Origin: Prosthecobacter sp. | Lineage (GTDB): Bacteria; Verrucomicrobiota; Verrucomicrobiia; Verrucomicrobiales; Verrucomicrobiaceae | Length of the DNA: 64,000 bases | Assembly (NCBI GenBank): GCA_044370285.1 | Contig: JBILVU010000002.1 | Coordinates: 22,785-86,784 of the forward strand | Direction of reading: 5' to 3' | Part shown: piece by piece, positions 50,801 to 57,787 of the stretch | Position numbering within the stretch: the stretch's first letter is position 1 | Layout: every line of letters starts with the position of its first letter | Program-made: the position numbers and the translations under genes | The notes under the pieces: generated by a model | What the model was told of the DNA's origin: nothing | The model's database searches: none | What the model saw: only the letters and a program-made list of their open reading frames with translations

Positions 50801-51143
50801 CATTTTTGGTGGCGACGGCTTTGGAGGCGCCGACGGGGGCGAGGCCCTTCGGTGCTCGCTCGCGAAAGCGGCTTTCCAATTGGCCGAACATGATGCGATC
50901 CCCGCCTTTCACGCGGGCCTTCTCGATGCGCTTGCCGTTGACGAAGGTGCCGTTGGAGGATTTCAGATCGACCAGCTCGTAAACGCCGTCCGGCTGCTTC
51001 AGGAACTCGGCGTGGAAGCCGGAGATGAAGGTGTTGTCGATGACGATGTCGTTTTTCGCGTCACGACCGATGGAAAGACGGTCTTCGAGCACATCGAAGA
51101 CGAATTCGTTACCATCGTTGAGATTGAAGGCCAGGTACGGCAT
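44898..51143 (-). CDS. giant FHA-domain / coiled-coil / GrpE-like fusion protein
   Basis: 2081-aa uninterrupted ORF. N-terminal FHA, a P/S/T-rich linker, about 1850 aa of A/E/K/L/Q/T-rich heptad-like sequence with internal repeats, and a C-terminal 115 aa resembling GrpE. Confidence 0.85.
   Translation of the reverse strand: [2081 protein letters not shown]
44901..45245 (-). other. GrpE-like nucleotide-exchange domain (C-terminus of the giant protein)
   Basis: By-eye match to E. coli GrpE recalled from memory: [17 protein letters not shown] vs [45 protein letters not shown] vs [49 protein letters not shown] vs [18 protein letters not shown]. Confidence 0.6.
48290..50215 (-). repeat. in-frame tandem duplications of 84-87-codon coiled-coil modules
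   Basis: A 22-nt core GGCGGACGAGGCGTCCGCGCTC (plus strand) recurs at 48558, 48642, 48819, 48903, 49617, 49701 and 49953, some copies with 1-2 mismatches. Offsets of exactly 261 bp occur twice and 252 bp once, with long near-identical flanks. Confidence 0.85.
50859..51143 (-). other. FHA (phosphothreonine-binding) domain at the N-terminus of the giant protein
   Basis: [64 protein letters not shown] carries the canonical G-R...S..H...NGT..N FHA signature. Confidence 0.85.
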
Positions 51144-51301
51144 GCGGCGGACGCAGAAAAGAGGCGGGTGAAAGCGGGTAAACTAGCGGGGGAAAATCAG
51201 TGAAGCAATCTTAATGAAATTTGGCGGACAAGAGGGAAGATGGGCGGCTATTGTTTCAAAAATCAGTCCGATTCCAAGCATTCAGTTAAGATTACCAAAA
51301 T

Positions 51302-52078
51302 ATGACCACGAAAAGTTACCGTCGCGATTTATGGCTTCTCACCCTGGCCGGGGCGGCCTTTCTACTCGGCTGCGCCGCTCCCCTGCCCCCAGCGCAGGCC
51401 GGTTTGACCTCGGCGCAGATGAACCGCGTGGGCCAGCGCATCTGGCAAAACGAGTGCGCTGGCAGCGTGGCCGGCCTGACGAGCTGGAACGGCGGGGAGG
51501 ACTTCGCGTCGCTGGGCATCGGCCATTTCATTTGGTATCCGGCCGGACGGCGCGGGCCATTTGAGGAGAGTTTTCCCGGTCTCGTGAGGCATCTGGAGGC
51601 TCGCGGCGTGCCGATGCCGGGCTGGACCAAAGGTGCATGCGCCTGGATCTCGAAGGCGGCCTTTGACGCCGACAAAAATGGCCCGCGACAGGGCGAACTG
51701 CGAAAGATCCTGGCCGCGAATGTGGGCCTGCAAACCGAGTACATCATGCTGCGGCTCCAGCGGGCGTCGGGCAGCATGAGCGGCGCGGCGAAGACGGGCT
51801 TCACGGCTTTGAGCACGACGCCGGAGGGGATGTTTTGCCTGATCGACTATGTGAACTTCAAAGGCGAGGGCACGAACCCCAAGGAACGCTATCGCGGCCA
51901 AGGCTGGGGCCTCATGCAGGTGCTCGAAGACATGCGCGGCGGCACGCCCGCCGCCTTTGCCGAAGCCTCCAAACGCGTCCTCAGCCGCCGCGTGGCGAAT
52001 TCCCCGCCCGAACGCGGCGAGCAGCGCTGGCTGGCCGGCTGGCACAACCGCTGCGAGGCGTATAAGCGGCCGCTGTGA
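51302..52078 (+). CDS. lipoprotein, function unknown
   Basis: 258 aa. Lipobox LLGC in MTTKSYRRDLWLLTLAGAAFLLGCAAP. Protein-like composition. No family recognised. Confidence 0.5.
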   Translation: MTTKSYRRDLWLLTLAGAAFLLGCAAPLPPAQAGLTSAQMNRVGQRIWQNECAGSVAGLTSWNGGEDFASLGIGHFIWYPAGRRGPFEESFPGLVRHLEARGVPMPGWTKGACAWISKAAFDADKNGPRQGELRKILAANVGLQTEYIMLRLQRASGSMSGAAKTGFTALSTTPEGMFCLIDYVNFKGEGTNPKERYRGQGWGLMQVLEDMRGGTPAAFAEASKRVLSRRVANSPPERGEQRWLAGWHNRCEAYKRPL

Positions 52079-52137
52079 GGTGACCTCACTGACCTGATTG
52101 ACAGAGTGACGGCGTGACTGGCGTTCGCTGCGCCTCC

Positions 52138-53535
52138 ATGAAGACCCTGCTCGTCCTTTTGTTCCTGGCCTCCCCGCTGCTCGCGGCGAAGCCGAATGTG
52201 CTTTTTCTCTTCGCCGATGACCACACCTACGAGGCGGTGCGGGCCTTCGGGCACACGGATATCGACACGCCGAACCTCGACCGACTCGCCGCACGCGGCA
52301 CCACCTTTACCCGCGCTTACAACATGGGCTCGTGGAGCGGCGCAGTGTGCGTGGCCAGCCGCACGATGCTCATCAGCGGACGCAGCGTGTGGAGCGCTGG
52401 CAAAATCCACAAGACCACCGATGCGGAGCGCAAGGGCGGCGTGCTCTGGCCGCAGCTCATGAAGAAAGCGGGCTACAAAACCTACATGACCGGCAAGTGG
52501 CACATCGAGACCGATGCCGCGAAATGCTTTGACGTGACACGCGATGTCCGCGCCGGCATGCCGAAGACCGTTCCCTCCGCCTACAACCGGCCCATCGCCG
52601 ACCAGACGGATGCGTGGAGCCCGTTCGATCAATCCCTCGGCGGTTTTTGGGAAGGCGGCACGCATTGGAGCGAGGTGGTGGCGAATCACACCCTCAGCTT
52701 CCTCGCCGATGCGAAGCAAGGTGGCGATTCCTTCTTTATCTACGCCGCCTTCAATGCCCCGCACGATCCACGGCAGGCACCGAAGGACTTCGTGGACCGC
52801 TACCCGCTCAGCCGCATCGCCATGCCAGAGAATTTTATTCCCGAGTATCCGCACAAGGACGCCATCGGCTGCTCGCACAAGCTGCGGGATGAAAACCTCG
52901 CGCCGATGCCCCGCACCGAACTGGCGGTGAAGACGCACCGCGCCGAATACTACGCCCTCATCACGCATCTCGACTCGCAGATCGGCCGCATCCTCGATGC
53001 GCTCGATACCTCCGGGCAGGCGGAGAACACCTGGATTTTCTTCACCGCCGACCACGGGCTCGCGGTGGGACATCACGGCCTGTTCGGCAAACAGAACCTG
53101 TATGACCACAGCGTTCGTGTGCCCTTCCTCGTGGCCGGCCCCGGCGTAGCGAAAGGCGCGAAGAACGACGCCTCAATCTACCTGCAAGACGTGATGGCCA
53201 CCGCCCTCGATCTCGCCGGGGCGGAGAAGCCCGCGCATGTTTTCTTCAACAGCCTGCGTCCGCTGTTGAACGGCGAAAAAAGCCGTTACGAGTCCGTCTA
53301 TGGTGCCTACCTTGAACTCCAACGCGCCATCACGCACGATGGCTGGAAGCTCATCGCCTATCCAAAGGCCAAGGTGCTACGACTTTACGATCTGGCCGAA
53401 GATCCGCAGGAGATGCAGGACCTCGCCGTGAAGCCCGAGCATGCCGCAAAGGTCAAAGACCTCCTCCAGCGCCTCGTGAAGCTCTCCGCCGATCTCCACG
53501 ACGAGGTGGATTTGACGAAGGTGTTTGGGGAATGA
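52138..53535 (+). CDS. secreted sulfatase with a CxAxR-type active-site motif
   Basis: Start set at MKTLLVLLFLASPLLA (52138). PNVLFLFADDH, CVASRTMLISGR, TADHGLAVGHHG. Confidence 0.9.
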   Translation: MKTLLVLLFLASPLLAAKPNVLFLFADDHTYEAVRAFGHTDIDTPNLDRLAARGTTFTRAYNMGSWSGAVCVASRTMLISGRSVWSAGKIHKTTDAERKGGVLWPQLMKKAGYKTYMTGKWHIETDAAKCFDVTRDVRAGMPKTVPSAYNRPIADQTDAWSPFDQSLGGFWEGGTHWSEVVANHTLSFLADAKQGGDSFFIYAAFNAPHDPRQAPKDFVDRYPLSRIAMPENFIPEYPHKDAIGCSHKLRDENLAPMPRTELAVKTHRAEYYALITHLDSQIGRILDALDTSGQAENTWIFFTADHGLAVGHHGLFGKQNLYDHSVRVPFLVAGPGVAKGAKNDASIYLQDVMATALDLAGAEKPAHVFFNSLRPLLNGEKSRYESVYGAYLELQRAITHDGWKLIAYPKAKVLRLYDLAEDPQEMQDLAVKPEHAAKVKDLLQRLVKLSADLHDEVDLTKVFGE

Positions 53536-53547
53536 ACGTCGCGCCGC

Positions 53548-53976
53548 TCACGACCGTGAGCTAGCCAATGGCGTGAATCTGCCCGGAAGCGGGATGTGAA
53601 TGAGCAGCAGCAGGATCGAGCCACCGATGAAGGGCAGCCAGGCATCCTTGCCGGGGCTGCCGAGGCCGTTGACGAAGCCGAGGACGCCGATGCTTTCGCT
53701 GAGGGCAAAGACGATGATGTTGCCGATCATGAAAAAGCTCTGCCCTGGAAGTGTGTCGATGGACACTTTGCCTTTGGCGAAGCCGCCGAGCATGAAATGG
53801 CGGAGCACAAAGGTCAGCGTGGCGTTGACTCCGGCCACGAGAGCGAAGATGTCCGTATTTGATTCGCCCTTGGGCTCGCTGGTATCAGTGGTGAGCACAA
53901 AGATGAAGAGGAGCTGACCGATGATGAGGGAACTCCAGATGAGGAAGACGACGAGAAAGACGGGGCGGATAGGCAT
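53548..53976 (-). CDS. polytopic small membrane protein, function unknown
   Basis: Start set at MPIRPVFLVVFLIWSSL (53976), giving 142 aa with about 4 hydrophobic helices. The longer ORF-track version would overlap the upstream hydrolase gene. Confidence 0.55.
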   Translation of the reverse strand: MPIRPVFLVVFLIWSSLIIGQLLFIFVLTTDTSEPKGESNTDIFALVAGVNATLTFVLRHFMLGGFAKGKVSIDTLPGQSFFMIGNIIVFALSESIGVLGFVNGLGSPGKDAWLPFIGGSILLLLIHIPLPGRFTPLASSRS

Positions 53977-53983
53977 GTGCGGG

Positions 53984-54050
53984 AGAAAGTGGAACAGGTT
54001 TTTAACCTGTTCGCTTCTGATGAACAGGTTAAAAACCTGTTCCACTTTCT
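53984..54050. repeat. perfect 29-bp inverted repeat with nested 9-bp palindromes
   Basis: AGAAAGTGGAACAGGTTTTTAACCTGTTC (53984-54012), 9-nt loop, then the exact reverse complement at 54022-54050. Each arm contains GAACAGGTT-NNN-AACCTGTTC. Sits between the hydrolase stop (54051) and the next start (53976). Confidence 0.9.
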
Positions 54051-55133
54051 TCAAGGCTTCAGCCAGTGCTCGAAGAAGCGGTAGATGGCCTCGTTGGATT
54101 CCTCGTTGGGATCGTGCTTCTCGCGGTTGGTCATGGAGACGCGGTCGGTGAAGCCCAGGAGCTGGTTCACGGCGATGGCGTGCTTGAGCGAGAGCCAGCG
54201 CTTCGGCGGGTCTTCTTCCCCACCAGAGACGAGGAAGGGTCGCGGAGCCATCAGTGCGTGCAGTTCCTGAAGGTCGTGGCCTTTTTCGATGAGCACTTTG
54301 TATGCACCGGTGCGCGGGCTGTCCGCTCGAACGAGACCGGGTTTGCGAGCGAGCGAGGAATCGAGGCCCAGATACCATGGCTCCTGGTAGTTGATGCTGT
54401 GGCGAGTTTCCTCAAACACGATGCCGGGATCGCTCCAGGCGGCACAGGCATATTTTTCCCAAAGGCAGGAGCCAAACAGCGACCACTTCCCGCCATACGA
54501 ATGGCCGACGATGCCGATGCGGCCGGCATCGACCTCCGGCTGCGCGGCGAGGGCGTGCCACATGTTGGCGCAAATGTAGCCGAGGTAAGACAGCGGCTGG
54601 CATTTGGCCTCGGGGCTCAAAACCGGTTTTCGCGCATCGCCACCGGGTGAGCCGATGCAAAGCGTCACAAAACCACGACGGGCGAGCTGCCAGGCAAAAT
54701 CACGCAGCGGTTTCGGACCGAGTCCGGCGCTGGTTTCGGGATCGTAATACGGCACGAAGACCGCCGGACGTTTGCCAGAGGCTTTCGGTAGCAGCAGGTA
54801 GCCCTCGCCAGTCTGGCCGGGGGCGATCTCGATGCGCACTTTTCGCTGCGTGATGCCTTCTTCGCGCTCTTTGGTTTCCAGCACCTCGACGCGGGGATTC
54901 TCGATCACCTTCGGCCAAGCGCCCATGAGGCCGTGCCAGTCCTGGAGGATCTCCTCACGGCGTCGCGGCCAGTCCTGCGCGGTCTTCACCGGGCTGCCAT
55001 CGCGAAAAATCAGCGGTGAAGCTCCCAGCGCCGGTTGAGAAGCAAACTCCGTCGGCATCGTGGTGTAGGGTGCCTCGGCGAAACCGAGTGTGAGGAGCGA
55101 GAAGAAGGCGAAAGCGAGTTTCATCTCCTCCAA
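54051..55133 (-). CDS. secreted alpha/beta hydrolase (esterase / dienelactone-hydrolase-like)
   Basis: 360 aa. Signal peptide and nucleophile elbow GHSYGG (IVGHSYGGKW). Confidence 0.7.
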   Translation of the reverse strand: MEEMKLAFAFFSLLTLGFAEAPYTTMPTEFASQPALGASPLIFRDGSPVKTAQDWPRRREEILQDWHGLMGAWPKVIENPRVEVLETKEREEGITQRKVRIEIAPGQTGEGYLLLPKASGKRPAVFVPYYDPETSAGLGPKPLRDFAWQLARRGFVTLCIGSPGGDARKPVLSPEAKCQPLSYLGYICANMWHALAAQPEVDAGRIGIVGHSYGGKWSLFGSCLWEKYACAAWSDPGIVFEETRHSINYQEPWYLGLDSSLARKPGLVRADSPRTGAYKVLIEKGHDLQELHALMAPRPFLVSGGEEDPPKRWLSLKHAIAVNQLLGFTDRVSMTNREKHDPNEESNEAIYRFFEHWLKP

Positions 55134-55168
55134 GTCGTGATCAAACCACCCAACGTTTCAGTCTTTGC

Positions 55169-56836
55169 TCATCCCATCTGCGCGATGATCTGCGCCGCGA
55201 CGATGCGCAGCAGCATCGTGAGCGGGTAAACCGCCGCGTAGGCGATGGCCGGTGAATCACAGCGGGCCATCGTAGTGGCAAAGGCGAGCGCAGGTGGATC
55301 GGTCATGCCGCCGGAGAGCAGGCCGCAGAGGTTCATGAAGTTCATGCGGTGCCATTTGCGTGCCACGAAGCCCACCAGCAGCAGCGGCAGCATGGTGACG
55401 AGCACGCCGAGCAGCACCCATTGCAGCCCCTGTGTCGAAAACACCGTGGCGGCGAATTTTTCGCCGGAGAGCAGGCCCACATTCGCGAGGAACAGAATGA
55501 TGCCGAGTTCGCGGAGGGCGCGATTGGCATTTATCGGCATGTGCATGACCATCGGCCCGAGGCGGCCGAGATGACTCAAAAGGATCGCCACGACCAGCGG
55601 ACCTCCAGCGAGGCCGAGTCGCACGGGCGCAGGAAGGCCTTCGATGTGCACGGGATACAGCCCGAGTAGTACGCCGAGTAAAATGCCCGCGAAGATCGCG
55701 GCGAACTTCGTCTCCTGAAGCATGTGAACGGCATTGCCGAGCGCTTGCGTGGCGTGATTGAGGCTTTCTTCATCGCCCACAAGCTGGAGCATGTCGCCAA
55801 ATTGCAGCCGCACATCTGGCAGCGCGGTGAAGATGAGATCGCCACGGCTCACGCGGGTGACAGTGACATTGTGAAGATGCTCCAGGCCGAGCTCGCGGAC
55901 GGTTTTGCCCAGCATGCGCTTGTTTGTCAGTACCACGCGGCGGTAGGTGACATCGCCGGGAGCCTTCATGAGGTTCTCCGCGCTCACGCTGCCGATGACG
56001 AGGCGGAATTGCTCGAGGTGCGATTGCGTGCCCACGGCCATGATCGCATCGCCGAGATGCAGCCGCGTCTCCGGCGTGGCGGCTTTGACCTCCGTTTCAT
56101 TCGCGGCGCGATAGCGGGAGATCACCACGCCGGTTTCCTGAATGCCGGGCACCTCGGCCAGCAGGATGCCATCGAGGTTTGGATTCTCGACGCGGAGATT
56201 CATGCGCTGGAGCGCCTCGATGCCCTCGCCCTGTTCTTCGCGAAATTTCGCCGCTTCCGCCGCCACATCGATTTTGAAGATCAGCCGCAGCAGGATGAGC
56301 GAGCCAATGATGCCGACGATGGCGAGCGGGTAAGTGGCCGCGTAGGTCAAAGCGGGCAGCGTGACGAGATCCTGCGCGGCTCCCGAAGAGGCGAGGGCTT
56401 GCTGCGCCGCGCCGAGAGCGGGTGTGTTCGTGGTGGCACCGGCGAAAAGGCCCGCGATGGCCGGCAACGGCATGCCGAGCAGCCAGCCGCCGATGCCAGC
56501 GACTACCGCGCCACCGGCGACGAGGATGAAGGCATAGCCATTGAGCACGCGCCCCTGCTTTCGCAGCGAGGCGAAGAAGCCCGGCCCCATCTGCATGCCG
56601 AGCGCGAAGACGAAGAGCACGAGCCCGAAGTCCTTCAAAAAGTGCGAGACCTCCGTTTCCGGCCTCAGGCCGAAATGCGCCGCCAGCAGGCCGGTGAAGA
56701 GCACACCCGCGATGCCCAGTTTGATGCCTTTGAAGCGCACATTCCCCAGCCCGATGCCCGCGAGCACCACGATGCTTAAAACGAGCAGATCATGGGCGAC
56801 GGGCGAGGACTCATGCAGGCGATGGAGAAAGGACAT
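55169..56836 (-). CDS. YidE/YbjL-family transporter (AAE-type permease halves flanking two RCK-C/TrkA-C domains)
   Basis: Start set at MSFLHRL (56836). Two membrane halves of about 5-6 TM each, with a central soluble pair of TrkA-C-like repeats (LRVENPNLDG...LGDAIMAVG and VVLTNKRMLGKTVREL...GDMLQLVG). Confidence 0.8.
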   Translation of the reverse strand: MSFLHRLHESSPVAHDLLVLSIVVLAGIGLGNVRFKGIKLGIAGVLFTGLLAAHFGLRPETEVSHFLKDFGLVLFVFALGMQMGPGFFASLRKQGRVLNGYAFILVAGGAVVAGIGGWLLGMPLPAIAGLFAGATTNTPALGAAQQALASSGAAQDLVTLPALTYAATYPLAIVGIIGSLILLRLIFKIDVAAEAAKFREEQGEGIEALQRMNLRVENPNLDGILLAEVPGIQETGVVISRYRAANETEVKAATPETRLHLGDAIMAVGTQSHLEQFRLVIGSVSAENLMKAPGDVTYRRVVLTNKRMLGKTVRELGLEHLHNVTVTRVSRGDLIFTALPDVRLQFGDMLQLVGDEESLNHATQALGNAVHMLQETKFAAIFAGILLGVLLGLYPVHIEGLPAPVRLGLAGGPLVVAILLSHLGRLGPMVMHMPINANRALRELGIILFLANVGLLSGEKFAATVFSTQGLQWVLLGVLVTMLPLLLVGFVARKWHRMNFMNLCGLLSGGMTDPPALAFATTMARCDSPAIAYAAVYPLTMLLRIVAAQIIAQMG

Positions 56837-56987
56837 GTGTCCATCTCCAGTGGCATGAAGAGTGCCAGCCGTCCCGCTCTTTTGCATGCCGATCTTGTCA
56901 TGCGGCGGCTGGCGTTCACTGCGCGGGATTTGGCATGGGCATTATGCACCTTCCAGGCGGCCTTTTTCCTGCTTTGAAAGGTCTCCT

Positions 56988-57362
56988 ATGAGCGACCCTT
57001 CCCCTTCTCTATACGAACGCCTCGGCGGCGAGGACATGATCTCCACGCTGATCCCCGCGTTTTACGTCCGCGTGCTAGCCGATGCCGAGCTGGCACCGTT
57101 TTTCCGTCACACGGCCCTCGAAAAGCTGCACGACATGCAGCGCGAGTTCTTCACCATGGCCACCGGCGGTCCGGTTTCGTATTCCGGCAAGCCTCTCGCC
57201 CATGCGCATCATGGTCGCGGCATCTCGAAGCATCACTTCGCCCTCTTCACCACGCATCTCGTCGATACCCTGCTCGACATGGGTGTGACGCAACTGGAGG
57301 CCGATGAGGTCATCGACCGCGTGAACACCTTTGTGAACGAGATCACCGGCACGTCGTATTGA
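56988..57362 (+). CDS. group I truncated haemoglobin
   Basis: Start set at MSDPSPSLYERLGG (56988). LYERLGGEDMISTLIPAFYVRVLADAELAPFF...MQREFFTMATGGP...HHGRGISKHHF fits the 2-on-2 globin pattern. Confidence 0.85.
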   Translation: MSDPSPSLYERLGGEDMISTLIPAFYVRVLADAELAPFFRHTALEKLHDMQREFFTMATGGPVSYSGKPLAHAHHGRGISKHHFALFTTHLVDTLLDMGVTQLEADEVIDRVNTFVNEITGTSY

Positions 57363-57371
57363 CGCGGTGGA

Positions 57372-57764
57372 TCACTCGCAGCCGATGTCATAGACCTGCA
57401 CCTTATTCGCCAGCGGCAGGAGGGTTTCCTTCACGGTGTTTTGATGCACCGGATGCTTTTCATAGGCGTCCATGTCCGCCTTGCTGGCGAAACGCATCAC
57501 AAAGCCGACATCGAAACTGTCATCCACGATGGGGCGCTCGCTCGCCACGGCTGCGCCGACGCTGAGGTGCTGGATCTCTTGGATCTCCGCCTGGAACTTC
57601 CTCGCACAGGCGATGAGCGTGGCGCGGTCGGCGGCATTTCCAGGACGCTTCAGCCACACCAGCACGATGTGCTCGACCTTGCCCTTCGGCGTCGTCTGAC
57701 AGCAGGTGCAGGAGTTCAAAAACAGCGAAACAGCGGCGGCGAGGATGAGAGTGGCGTTCTTCAT
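57372..57764 (-). CDS. Dabb-family (stress-responsive alpha/beta barrel) lipoprotein
   Basis: 130 aa. Lipobox FLNSC, then VEHIVLVWLK...FDVGFVMRFASKADMDAYEKHPVH, the Dabb signature. Confidence 0.75.
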   Translation of the reverse strand: MKNATLILAAAVSLFLNSCTCCQTTPKGKVEHIVLVWLKRPGNAADRATLIACARKFQAEIQEIQHLSVGAAVASERPIVDDSFDVGFVMRFASKADMDAYEKHPVHQNTVKETLLPLANKVQVYDIGCE

Positions 57765-57787
57765 GACGTTGGTTAGCCTGACACAAC

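Noticed and set aside
44901-51203. Many 60-675-aa ORFs on both strands inside the giant gene (for example 45759-47786 plus, 47096-48103 minus, 49817-50497 minus)
   Set aside because: These are alternative frames or the antisense of one continuous 2081-aa ORF that has coherent FHA, coiled-coil and GrpE-like structure. Their products are Ser/Arg/Pro- or Gly/Leu/Glu-rich low-complexity strings generated by the repeats.
53977-54378. N-terminal 134 codons of the 276-aa ORF 53548-54378
   Set aside because: This part overlaps the 3' end of the alpha/beta hydrolase gene and reads through the 67-nt palindrome with an Arg/Pro-rich composition. The hydrophobic protein starts at the Met at 53976.
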